The notes beneath the pieces are model-generated. The model did not search any database, had not been told where the DNA came from, and worked only from the letters and a program-made list of their open reading frames with translations. Shown here piece by piece: positions 18,765 through 27,993 of a DNA stretch of 64,000 nucleotides. This DNA comes from Patescibacteria group bacterium (GTDB lineage: Bacteria > Patescibacteriota > Patescibacteriia > JAHIZJ01): positions 28,059-92,058 of the forward strand of contig JBAZUB010000002.1 of assembly GCA_041661625.1 (NCBI GenBank), in the 5' to 3' direction. Both the position numbers and the translations under genes were made by a program. Numbering within the stretch: position 1 is the stretch's first letter; each line of letters starts with the position of its first letter.

Positions 18765-18807
18765 AGTATGTATCTAAAGTAATATATAACTGTTGATTAT
18801 CTATTTG

Positions 18808-19521
18808 CTATTGGGGGTATTCTGGTTTCCATCCAATAGCATTCTTTACGCTGTGTATTCGTCCGGGATTATTGGAAACGGCATAAAATGTCGTAAAACG
18901 TCCCGGTATCTTTTTTATCTGCACAGCTTTTAAGATCACACTCACACAATCCTGATGATATAATATCACGCGATCATATAAGGGATCTTCGTTGTATCGA
19001 ATCTCGTTTGTCGTATTCACACCCCCGAAACGAATACAAACAACTTCGAGGTTGTGATGTACCGCATAATAATTTCCCAAGCGTTCACCATACACCTTAC
19101 TGGCTCCGTAGGGTGTATCAGGAATTGGGATCGTACTTGTTGTTTTCTCACCTTCACGCATTAAATGGTATGTATCTGCGTGAACAGAGCTGGCAAGAAT
19201 AACTCGTCGTACACCCGCTGCTACTGCAGCTCGGAAAATATTTTCCAGCATTACTTTGTTGTCGGCTACACTGTGCTCGTTTGGATAATCTTCAGCAACG
19301 TTCCAGGCTAAATGGATGAGCACATCGTGGCCTTTAACGAGCGTATACAGCTTATGATATTCCCGGGCGATGTTAACACGTTTAACCGATTTGTTACTCT
19401 TCTGATTTATATCAATGCAGGTAACGGGGTATTTACGCAGTAAAACAGGGCAGATAATTGTGCCAATATTACCCAAGGCTCCGGTTACCACTACTCGGGG
19501 ATGCGAACGATATAATCTCAT
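18808..19521 (-). CDS. NAD-dependent epimerase/dehydrogenase (extended SDR, uronate-dehydrogenase-like)
   Basis: TGALGNIG, HLA, LASSVHA, PDTPYGASK, CIRFG. Confidence 0.88.
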   Translation of the reverse strand: MRLYRSHPRVVVTGALGNIGTIICPVLLRKYPVTCIDINQKSNKSVKRVNIAREYHKLYTLVKGHDVLIHLAWNVAEDYPNEHSVADNKVMLENIFRAAVAAGVRRVILASSVHADTYHLMREGEKTTSTIPIPDTPYGASKVYGERLGNYYAVHHNLEVVCIRFGGVNTTNEIRYNEDPLYDRVILYHQDCVSVILKAVQIKKIPGRFTTFYAVSNNPGRIHSVKNAIGWKPEYPQ

Positions 19522-21122
19522 CGATTTATTTCTGCAAATGCTCTCAGTACTGCAGATATTGTGGCATCAAGATCCTCCCTATCTAACCCGGGGTTTACAT
19601 AGAGATTAAATAGCCGCTTGGTGACCTCTTGGGATACCGGACAATCATTTACGTGTGAGCTTTTTAACAACTCCACTTCGGGCAGAGACAGCGGGTAAAG
19701 CTTTTTTATCGGGATTCCTAATTGCATTACCCGATTAAGAAACATATCACGCTTCTCTATCAGGCCTGCTGGCAGTAATCCAGTCAGGTAAAAATAGGCG
19801 TGTTCAGAATTTGGATCTGTTTTCTGAAAAGTGATTCCACTTCCCGCTATCTTTTTCTGCAGATAATTTGCATTATTTCGGCGTATTTGATTATTGACAT
19901 CAAGCCGTTTATTTTGCTCAATAGCAATCGCGGCCTGAATATCTGTAAGTTGGTAATTAAAACCCAGGCGATTATAGTCATACGCATCCAGATCTTCTTG
20001 ATTGATGCCATTATTTGCGTCCGAACGTATATGGCTGTAGTACTTTTCATTATTTGTGGCTATTAAGCCACCCTCCCCGCAAACTATATGTTTCGTTTGA
20101 TAAAGACTTGTGCAGATGATGTCACCATACGAACCAACGTACTTTCCATTATATCTCGCGCCCGTAGCTTGGGCGCAATCCTCTATCAGCACTAACTTAT
20201 GTTTATCGCAGATTATCCTCAGCGCGTTCAAATTGACTGGCTGACCATACATATGGACAACGATAACTGCCTTAGTGTGCTTGGTGATTTTCTTTATAAC
20301 GTCTTTGGGATCAATATTAAAAGTTTCAGCCTCAATGTCAGCGAATATCGGTTTCGCTCCAACTTGTAATACCGTTGAGCAATCCGCAATATTGGCCAGT
20401 GCGGGGACGATCACTTCATCGTTGGATTGAAGATCTAAAGCAGAAAGAGCAAGATGTAGCGCGGATGTACCAGAATTGACGGCATTGACAAAACGCTGTG
20501 ATAACATACGAGATATCACATCTTGAAATTCGCGGACTACTGGACCTCCTTCCGGTCTCGATAATATTCCGGAATGTAGCACTCGTACAACAGCCTCGGT
20601 TTCTTCGTCGCCGATCAGATGCGCATTTATTTTTTGCATCATTTGAGCAATATGCGCTTTGGCATCGTTGTTATCCGGTTGTTTACTACTATAGTGTTCA
20701 TGAATCATATCTCGGACTGCGTTTGGCCGAAGTTCATAGTTTCTGATATCGACAACATCAATCCAGACTAACTCATAGGTACCCACATAATGAGTTCCGT
20801 ATTGATACTCGGGTCCGAAAGCATTTCCCAGAATGCCACCCGTTATTTCGCAAAGAAAAAATAATTCAGTCTGACCCAGTGTGTCTGGATGTCCCGACGA
20901 TTGCTTAGTAAATAGCTCTTTTACTCTTATGTCCACACCAAGCTCTTCGTGGCACTCTCTCTGAACGGCTTGTTCTGGTGTTTCATTATTGTCGACTCCT
21001 CCGCCAGGAAATACCCAGTATGCCTCTTGTCCGGGTTTGGTTCTTTTTATAACTAACACGTGGTTTTGATGGATTATCACCGCTCGCGCTCTTAATTTAT
21101 CCTTCGTTTTTTGATTCGTCAT
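19518..21122 (-). CDS. NUDIX hydrolase fused to DegT/DnrJ/EryC1/StrS PLP aminotransferase
   Basis: Nudix box PGGGVDNNETPEQAVQRECHEELG; NSGTSALH, VVHMYG, IEDCAQA, SLYQTKHIVCGEGG. Confidence 0.9.
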   Translation of the reverse strand: MTNQKTKDKLRARAVIIHQNHVLVIKRTKPGQEAYWVFPGGGVDNNETPEQAVQRECHEELGVDIRVKELFTKQSSGHPDTLGQTELFFLCEITGGILGNAFGPEYQYGTHYVGTYELVWIDVVDIRNYELRPNAVRDMIHEHYSSKQPDNNDAKAHIAQMMQKINAHLIGDEETEAVVRVLHSGILSRPEGGPVVREFQDVISRMLSQRFVNAVNSGTSALHLALSALDLQSNDEVIVPALANIADCSTVLQVGAKPIFADIEAETFNIDPKDVIKKITKHTKAVIVVHMYGQPVNLNALRIICDKHKLVLIEDCAQATGARYNGKYVGSYGDIICTSLYQTKHIVCGEGGLIATNNEKYYSHIRSDANNGINQEDLDAYDYNRLGFNYQLTDIQAAIAIEQNKRLDVNNQIRRNNANYLQKKIAGSGITFQKTDPNSEHAYFYLTGLLPAGLIEKRDMFLNRVMQLGIPIKKLYPLSLPEVELLKSSHVNDCPVSQEVTKRLFNLYVNPGLDREDLDATISAVLRAFAEINR

Positions 21123-21526
21123 GGTGGTGTTTTTATAAAGAGTGGTTATTTATATTGAATTCCCCGTTTTTACAAAAGATTCATACACATCGTATAGACT
21201 GATGATTTGCTGTACATATAGAAATTATTACTAAACAACATATATTATATAGGTTATTCGACTAATTGGACAGTGGTAAACAAAAGCTGATTCCACAATA
21301 AATCTGGTGGTATTACGATATTCAAAAGATGGCAAATACTAGCTCCCAGTCTGATTCACACCGAAAAAGCGAGGCTTTAATATGCCCAGTATGTATGGAA
21401 TTATTCCGTATCATTGTTCTGTTCTGTATGAAAACGCCAAAAATGTGTTATAATGCAGACAACACATAAACATATTGACAAAATTACACTATTTCTGCTA
21501 AGGTTTCGGTCATTAAGCAAGAAACT

Positions 21527-22030
21527 ATGACCCCAGTAGCGGGAACAAAACAACAAGAGAAGGTCACCTATCAGGACGTAGCTGATTACTTCTTGGCATT
21601 GGGAAATGAAACAGGTGAGCCAATATCCAATCTTAAGCTCCAGAAGCTTGTCTACTATGCACAAGCTTGGCATCTAGCAAATACATCGGAGCCTCTATTT
21701 AATGCTAACTTTCAAGCTTGGGTACATGGTCCCGTTATACCTGAGTTGTACCACAAGTTAAAGACGTATGGATCAGCGCCTATTCAGAGTAACGCCGTCT
21801 TAAATGAAGTAAAAAACAGATTTGATTCCAATACACTAACTTTCTTAGAACAGGTTGCAGATGTGTATATGCCTAGAAGTGCTTATGAATTGGAGTTGAT
21901 GACACATATGGAGGATCCGTGGATTCTCGCGAGAGTTGGGCTTGAGCCAAACCAAGGAAGCGAAAATACTATCTCTGAGGAAATCATGGCTAGATTCTAT
22001 GGGGCAAAAATACACAGTAGAACCAAGTAG
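21527..22030 (+). CDS. Panacea-domain (SocA/DUF4065) antitoxin
   Basis: ISNLKLQKLVYYAQ, FQAWVHGPV, ELMTH.EDPW signature. Confidence 0.9.
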   Translation: MTPVAGTKQQEKVTYQDVADYFLALGNETGEPISNLKLQKLVYYAQAWHLANTSEPLFNANFQAWVHGPVIPELYHKLKTYGSAPIQSNAVLNEVKNRFDSNTLTFLEQVADVYMPRSAYELELMTHMEDPWILARVGLEPNQGSENTISEEIMARFYGAKIHSRTK

Positions 22031-22439
22031 CATCCCTCAGAGAACTGAATTAGTTAATCCAACGACTGTTAATCCAAATCAGAACGTTTCTTTTAATTTT
22101 CGTCCTTTATGTACTAAAGGCGGTAAGTTTGAGTACAACAATAGGGAGCGAGGATATTTTGTTAAACTCCTCGAACGACTGCGCGATCTTTCGACAATGA
22201 GTAGGGGGCAACTTATAGCACCAGGCGGAAAAGGATTACGGTGTCATCCTATACGGTTCACCGACCAAGGAGTGAGTGAATCGTCATTTGGTATACCTGG
22301 GCAAGACATTGATGAAGATGCGTGGCAATTTGAAATCTCTTCTAATAAGCACGGTCGTGTTCATGGATACTTTGTAGGTAGCGTATTTTATATAGTGTGG
22401 CTTGACCCTGATCATGCACTTTATCCTAGGCAGCGATAA
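21999..22439 (+). CDS. putative RelE-like RNase toxin paired with the Panacea antitoxin
   Basis: overlaps the antitoxin 3' end; C-terminal GRVHGYFVGSVFYIVWLDPDHALYP. Confidence 0.7.
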   Translation: MGQKYTVEPSSIPQRTELVNPTTVNPNQNVSFNFRPLCTKGGKFEYNNRERGYFVKLLERLRDLSTMSRGQLIAPGGKGLRCHPIRFTDQGVSESSFGIPGQDIDEDAWQFEISSNKHGRVHGYFVGSVFYIVWLDPDHALYPRQR

Positions 22440-23420
22440 ATGGGTACACACAATTTAGTATTGTTAACCGGTGCTGGCTTCTCCAAAAACTTTGGAGGTT
22501 TTTTGGCTGCAGAAATGTGGTCGCATATATTTAATCACCCATTAACTAAAAGACACGCTGAATTGCGTAAGTTGCTAATGGCTGATCAGGATTATGAATC
22601 AGTATACACACTGGTTATGACTGGTAATGGTTTTTCTCCTGAGTGCCGAAACGATTTCAACATTGTTGTTGAGCAAGCCTATAAAGCGTTAGACGATACA
22701 TTGAGAAAATGGCAATTCACGGGCGAGCTAAATCAAGTAAATACTTATGGTATCGGCAAGCTGTTAAGCCTTTTTAATTCCCCCCATGATCGCTGCTATT
22801 TCTTTACATTAAACCAAGATCTATTCATGGAAAGATGGTGGGGATACAGGGCACCGAGTGTTCGTTGGTTTCCTGAACAATTTTACTCTCTTCATGGCGC
22901 TGAATTGGAACATAAGGATTTCATAAAACTACCGTCATCTATGGATGAAAAAACTGTGAATGAAGCGATAGCACTACATAGCGGCTTAACGTATATTAAA
23001 ATACACGGTTCTTACGGATGGCTATCTTCTGATGGTAAAAACTTAATGGTGATTGGAAAGGATAAAACGATCGCCATTTCAGCAGAGCCAGTATTGCGGA
23101 GATATTTTGATATATTCAAAAAGGTAATGAGCGAGGGACAAAAAAAGCTGCTAATAATTGGATATGGATTTGGGGATTCTCACATTAACCAAGTTATTGC
23201 CGATGCAGTCCGGAATAGAGGATTAAAGGTATGTATTGTTTCAACAAGTCCATATAAGGACTTATATTCTCGTATAGAACAAAACTATCCAGATGCCTTA
23301 GACATCCTTGATATCGGATTGGATGGCTATTTCCCTTACAGTCTTGCGCAAGTCTTTCCTGGTGATCAATCTGAAACCGTATACTTCGAGGAGATCAAAC
23401 GTAATCTTTCCGGCATCTAA
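22440..23420 (+). CDS. SIR2-like (SIR2_2) domain protein, putative NADase defence effector
   Basis: LLTGAGFS, FTLNQD, IKIHGS, LLIIGYGFGDSHIN. Confidence 0.88.
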   Translation: MGTHNLVLLTGAGFSKNFGGFLAAEMWSHIFNHPLTKRHAELRKLLMADQDYESVYTLVMTGNGFSPECRNDFNIVVEQAYKALDDTLRKWQFTGELNQVNTYGIGKLLSLFNSPHDRCYFFTLNQDLFMERWWGYRAPSVRWFPEQFYSLHGAELEHKDFIKLPSSMDEKTVNEAIALHSGLTYIKIHGSYGWLSSDGKNLMVIGKDKTIAISAEPVLRRYFDIFKKVMSEGQKKLLIIGYGFGDSHINQVIADAVRNRGLKVCIVSTSPYKDLYSRIEQNYPDALDILDIGLDGYFPYSLAQVFPGDQSETVYFEEIKRNLSGI

Positions 23421-24871
23421 ATTTTACGCCATTTTTCTTCCCGGTCACGTTGCTCATATAGTTCAAAAAGTCCTTGTAAAATACTATAAAAATCAGAGAC
23501 CAACATACCCCACCCAATTTCAATGTGTTTTACGTCAAAGTGGAACTCGGGTTTCTCCTGACCCCACACGACGTCCACAGGTTGGAGGCTTTTAATGATA
23601 CTCAAGTTTCCTCCGATAATTGAGTCAAGCATTTTTTGTAAACCAGATAGCCTCGTTTCAAAATCATCTATGGAGTCGCCATATCGTTTCTGCAATTCAA
23701 GTTTATCCGAAAGTCCTTGCTTTATTATGTTTACTATATGAAATACTGCATTTTTATATAGTTCTTTATTGCCTGAGTGATCAGTGTCTGCATTGAGTGA
23801 GTAGCTCAATCTCCGAAAGTCTAGGACTTGCTCTCGATCTTTGAGCTGCTCGACATTAAAATTAAGGAGTCTTTCTATTCGATGCTTGTTACTTCCGAGA
23901 TAATGCTCGATCGGCTTCCAAAGTAGTACCTCAAACGGAGTCTCATCCGGCCATAGCTTCATTAGATGAAGCTTTGTTTTTAAGCAATAGTCAAAAACTA
24001 TTTGAGCAAGTGTTATATGTGAAGATTGCGGAAATGAATAATCTAAAGAAATAACTTTCTCACCGTGTATTATTTTACTTCTGAGTTGGTAAAAAGAGTC
24101 TGACCAGTTCGCGATTTCTTTCTTCTGTCCCAGAAGAAGTTGTATGCGGTCGCCCATTTCCTGTCCTTTACGACTATACTGTTGAATATTCAAGAGGGTT
24201 TCTAATGCGACTCCTAGGGAAATAATCATGTCTTCAGAAGTGACTAGTGGATCGGCAACATGGGAACGATTATACCAATATACTGATCTAAGAATCCTTT
24301 CTGCCTCAAGTTTTTCATCTTTCGTTCCGTTTGCTCTCCTTTCATTAAGTGTGCAAAGTGCTGAAAATATATCTTTTGATACCTCTCGGCTTACGTTTGT
24401 TACATTGATATAAAACGGGGTTTGTATTTTTGTTTCATCAATCATTAGTATATGGATACCGCGTCTTGAGTGCAATGAAAGGCCGCCACTTGTTTTATCT
24501 AGATTGAGTTCATAGGAATCCGATTTGAAATTCTCATAGGAGGACGGAAAAAACCTTTTCTGATGGCTTAAGTTTGCATAAGCTACAATGTTTGTTGCTG
24601 TAATTAACTCATCGTCGACTTTTTTATCGTATTGAGCAAAATTGTCTTTGCCGTCGCTAAGCCTTGATGCAATAACAGGATTTGCTAGCTGACTGTTATC
24701 GATAAAACCTCGATAAATTTTTACCAACTGATCAACACGTTGAGCGGCGTTTGAGATTTTCCCAAAACGCTTTTGTTTTTCTTTTAGATATGGCCAAAAG
24801 CAAATATCACCAATAGTAACAGACTCGTCGAGTTCTAGATAGGGGAATATTGTAAATGCTATTTTAGTCAT
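23417..24871 (-). CDS. HEPN-domain protein (ApeA-like), putative RNase
   Basis: LGVALETLL helix and YQLRSKIIHG (RxxxxH) motif. Confidence 0.78.
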   Translation of the reverse strand: MTKIAFTIFPYLELDESVTIGDICFWPYLKEKQKRFGKISNAAQRVDQLVKIYRGFIDNSQLANPVIASRLSDGKDNFAQYDKKVDDELITATNIVAYANLSHQKRFFPSSYENFKSDSYELNLDKTSGGLSLHSRRGIHILMIDETKIQTPFYINVTNVSREVSKDIFSALCTLNERRANGTKDEKLEAERILRSVYWYNRSHVADPLVTSEDMIISLGVALETLLNIQQYSRKGQEMGDRIQLLLGQKKEIANWSDSFYQLRSKIIHGEKVISLDYSFPQSSHITLAQIVFDYCLKTKLHLMKLWPDETPFEVLLWKPIEHYLGSNKHRIERLLNFNVEQLKDREQVLDFRRLSYSLNADTDHSGNKELYKNAVFHIVNIIKQGLSDKLELQKRYGDSIDDFETRLSGLQKMLDSIIGGNLSIIKSLQPVDVVWGQEKPEFHFDVKHIEIGWGMLVSDFYSILQGLFELYEQRDREEKWRKI

Positions 24872-24884
24872 TATAAGTTAGCGA

Positions 24885-26723
24885 TTATTGTCTTCTTGGA
24901 TCATCTGCTGAATAAGTTTTACCGTTCTGCCAATCAAACATAAAACCAAAATTGGTTTGTAGCCATTTGCCAAGATCTGTAATATACTCCCACACTTTAT
25001 CTCGGTCACCGCCTGTACTAAGTTTGATATATACTTCTTTTACCTCCCTCTGTATCGCTTCCCGATATTTGCTTTGAGAAAGTTTGTTCTTTATCCAATC
25101 AGGTATTCCTTCCCCCATGAACTCGACCACTTTTTGTTTATCTGAATGGGCGGCAGCTAGCGCTCCCACTGAAACCATAAGCTGGATCGTGTCGCCAGCA
25201 AGTTTATCTAAACCAGCTAATTCGTATTCTTTGTATAGTTCATGTAGGCGCATTACGGCAAGTGATGCACCACGGCTATTACCTATAGGTATTGCGCTTT
25301 CAGCAAAGCTACTATAAACCCACGCTAAATCATACAACCAATGCGATAAATCGGCACTTATACCTTCACGTTTAGACAGCTCTTTCTTTTTTTGTATGAG
25401 TGGTTTTGCTACTACGCTAATTGCATCAAAGTACACCAAGGGATACCAATCAGGCTTATTGTTTCGATAAGCGCTATCAAACGAAAGAAGTGTATTATAA
25501 TAGGCACCAAAAAAACTTGTATAATCATAGTTGGGCATTATCGGCTGGTTTGTAAAATCATAACTTGGAATCAGCCTTTCGCCTAACCAACCAAGATCCC
25601 GAAAAACGCCATCCAAATCATTTTCTGAATGATCTGTAAATAACATTTCCCCAATTTTTCTATACCCATACATAATGTTCACAAATAGAGGATTGTGCGA
25701 CTCTATGCAGGAATCCGCAAGGTTTTTCCAAAATACTAATAGTTCAGCAAGATCGTTGTAATGTTTATTCTCAACAAATAATTCTGCTATACGTTGAGAG
25801 GCTTCATAAATTATCGATGCTGCGTTTTTCGAGTGATTATTAACAGCCAGCTCAACTAACAATTCGAGAGATTGTACAAAGAACGCTTGATAATAACCGC
25901 AAAGGTTTGAATCTGGATCCCAGCTATCATTTTTGTATTTTCTTCCCACTGTGTAGTTTTCTAGAAATGAAGTTGTCAATACCTCTACGGAGTCGCGAAA
26001 ATTTCTTAAGGTTGCGTAGTCTCCGCTTCGCACGGACTTTTCCGCAATGCTGAGCAATAACTCAAATGGATTTGGTGAATTAGATACTTGCTTAGTTAAT
26101 GAGGTATAAGCCGATCTTTGTCGTTCTTGTGTTATTGCTTTCTTTACATTTTCGTTCTCGATTTCTTTTATTTCTTCCGGAGTAAGGTCACCTTTGTTTG
26201 TAATATATCTATCATATTTTTCTATCTTATCTTGTGAAAGTATGCTTACAGCCTGAAACCATGGTGTGGTAGGATCCGGCACTCCATAACGATCAAGCAG
26301 GAAGCAGCGAATATCCCCATAGTTCATATTCTTTTGAATCGATTGTAAAAAGGTAGTTGGCCTAAGATAACGTGAAAAATAAAATGAGAGAATTATGAAT
26401 AATAAAAGCGACAATAATACAAATGCCAACGAAATTATACCAAGGTACCCGGATGAAAATAGATCCGTAAGATTAAAATCGAGTTGCGGAATTATATCAT
26501 GGTGGGTATACGAGATTGCGTATGAGGCAACGCTGGTAAATATAATACCTGCCAAACTGAAAGATATATAAGCAAGTAGTATTCGAGTTCGAAATATAAA
26601 GGAGATTGAACGATATGAGTAACTTCCATAGACAAGCTGTAGGTATACAAAAACAGCCGCAACGGATATACCAAATACCGTGACCTGTAAACTCAGTAAT
26701 GTATTATAATAGCTACTTAACAT
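24885..26723 (-). CDS. membrane protein with 3 N-terminal TM helices (DUF2254-like) and a large helical soluble domain
   Basis: hydrophobic N-terminal ~120 aa ending in YLRP; long uninterrupted ORF. Confidence 0.7.
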   Translation of the reverse strand: MLSSYYNTLLSLQVTVFGISVAAVFVYLQLVYGSYSYRSISFIFRTRILLAYISFSLAGIIFTSVASYAISYTHHDIIPQLDFNLTDLFSSGYLGIISLAFVLLSLLLFIILSFYFSRYLRPTTFLQSIQKNMNYGDIRCFLLDRYGVPDPTTPWFQAVSILSQDKIEKYDRYITNKGDLTPEEIKEIENENVKKAITQERQRSAYTSLTKQVSNSPNPFELLLSIAEKSVRSGDYATLRNFRDSVEVLTTSFLENYTVGRKYKNDSWDPDSNLCGYYQAFFVQSLELLVELAVNNHSKNAASIIYEASQRIAELFVENKHYNDLAELLVFWKNLADSCIESHNPLFVNIMYGYRKIGEMLFTDHSENDLDGVFRDLGWLGERLIPSYDFTNQPIMPNYDYTSFFGAYYNTLLSFDSAYRNNKPDWYPLVYFDAISVVAKPLIQKKKELSKREGISADLSHWLYDLAWVYSSFAESAIPIGNSRGASLAVMRLHELYKEYELAGLDKLAGDTIQLMVSVGALAAAHSDKQKVVEFMGEGIPDWIKNKLSQSKYREAIQREVKEVYIKLSTGGDRDKVWEYITDLGKWLQTNFGFMFDWQNGKTYSADDPRRQ

Positions 26724-27123
26724 TTCTATTATTTTTTAGAGTTGAGAATCTCATGAATCGGTCAATAATTGGTTGTCGTTCAGCAATCAACAGATCAAGC
26801 TCTTCATCCGAAAGATCGGCAAAGGGGTCGCTTATGGCGACCTTAGTTGCTTTGTAGGACCCTTTTAGCTTATAGGCCTTATCCAACCCAGCTTCACGGG
26901 CCCGCCAATCGTGATTCTTAAGCAGCCCTTTATGGACGTTTAAGAGTGTTTCGTCGGGTAGGTGCTTATCCATTAACTCCTGCCATCCCTTGCTTCTGGT
27001 GAGCTCCTGGGGCTTCTCAGCTGAACGTGAACTGTACCCCGCCTCGCGCATGGCAGAGCTGACCGATTTTCGGGGTTTTTCGGAGATTATTCGAGCGACG
27101 CGTAGTTGTTTTTGGGTAGCCAT
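26713..27123 (-). CDS. phage terminase small subunit-like protein
   Basis: TQKQ...SAMREAGYS..SA..P..L HTH pattern; LDKAYKLKG; C-terminal DLSDEEL. Confidence 0.68.
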   Translation of the reverse strand: MATQKQLRVARIISEKPRKSVSSAMREAGYSSRSAEKPQELTRSKGWQELMDKHLPDETLLNVHKGLLKNHDWRAREAGLDKAYKLKGSYKATKVAISDPFADLSDEELDLLIAERQPIIDRFMRFSTLKNNRNVK

Positions 27124-27169
27124 ATAGAGTCATTATACACCCAAAACAACGGCTTGTTTTAACCATTAT

Positions 27170-27700
27170 CTAATCTGGGAGCGTAAGCCAAAAACCATAG
27201 TAAGCGTTCCCACAAGACAATAACAACCCAACTAAATATAGTAGCCTATACCATTGGGGGGCGGCTTTTTCCGCAACGAAGTTAATTGTGAGAGAATATA
27301 TTAGAAAACCTAGTGGCGGAAACAGCCACGCGATAAGATTTAGAAAACCGATCACCCTAACTACGACTACTTTTTTGTTTTTCTTATTCGCATACCATTT
27401 CCCGATGTAATGCCCGATAGTGATGGCAGCGATTGCCGAACCTACAATAATGTAAAATGGCCGCTGCACACTGAGATCATGTGAACTCAGAACCAATTGA
27501 AGGGCAATGTACGCAATAAACATAATAGCAAAATATATGACTACCTCAATCACTCTGGCAATTTTCACTCCTATTGATACTAGCTCATCATTACTATCCC
27601 TGTCATTATCTTGCTTCTTTTCTTTGGCTAATTCAGCCCCGCAGCTTCCACAAAATTTGTCTTTCAGTGTCGTTTCCTTCCCGCAATTTTGACAGTACAT
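27170..27700 (-). CDS. zinc-ribbon + multi-pass membrane protein
   Basis: YCQNCG...FCGSCG followed by 4 TM segments. Confidence 0.8.
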   Translation of the reverse strand: MYCQNCGKETTLKDKFCGSCGAELAKEKKQDNDRDSNDELVSIGVKIARVIEVVIYFAIMFIAYIALQLVLSSHDLSVQRPFYIIVGSAIAAITIGHYIGKWYANKKNKKVVVVRVIGFLNLIAWLFPPLGFLIYSLTINFVAEKAAPQWYRLLYLVGLLLSCGNAYYGFWLTLPD

Positions 27701-27724
27701 AGACGTGTTATTAGTTATTTAGAG

Positions 27725-27925
27725 TTGGTTACATTTATCACGATAAACAACCAGCAGATATTGCTGGCGCCGGTAAATCACAAAGCCCGCCGCCAGCGAT
27801 GACCTTTCGGCCACCTGCACCCCTTTCGGGATACAACCACTGCTGGTGCTCTGACGACGAGCCCAATATCCAGCAGTGGTTTTTGTACCATGCCACGGTT
27901 TGCGCCGTGGTTTAGGCACCAAATT
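27725..27925 (-). ncRNA. candidate structured RNA (unassigned family)
   Basis: five or more stems, two GAAA tetraloops, G-U pairs valid only on the minus strand, own promoter TTGAAA-17-TACAAT (27989-27961). Confidence 0.6.
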
Positions 27926-27993
27926 GTAAGTAATTCCCTAATATCGGAATTACCTATATAATTGTACTATATTTTGTCGACATTTTCAATAAT

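Noticed and set aside
27848-27862. CTGACGA hammerhead-like core on the plus strand
   Set aside because: No downstream stem II-GAAA on that strand, and wobble pairs favour the minus strand
27719-27922. 67-aa ORF (MVPKPRRKPW...)
   Set aside because: TTG start with no RBS and no protein features; the DNA is better explained as structured RNA
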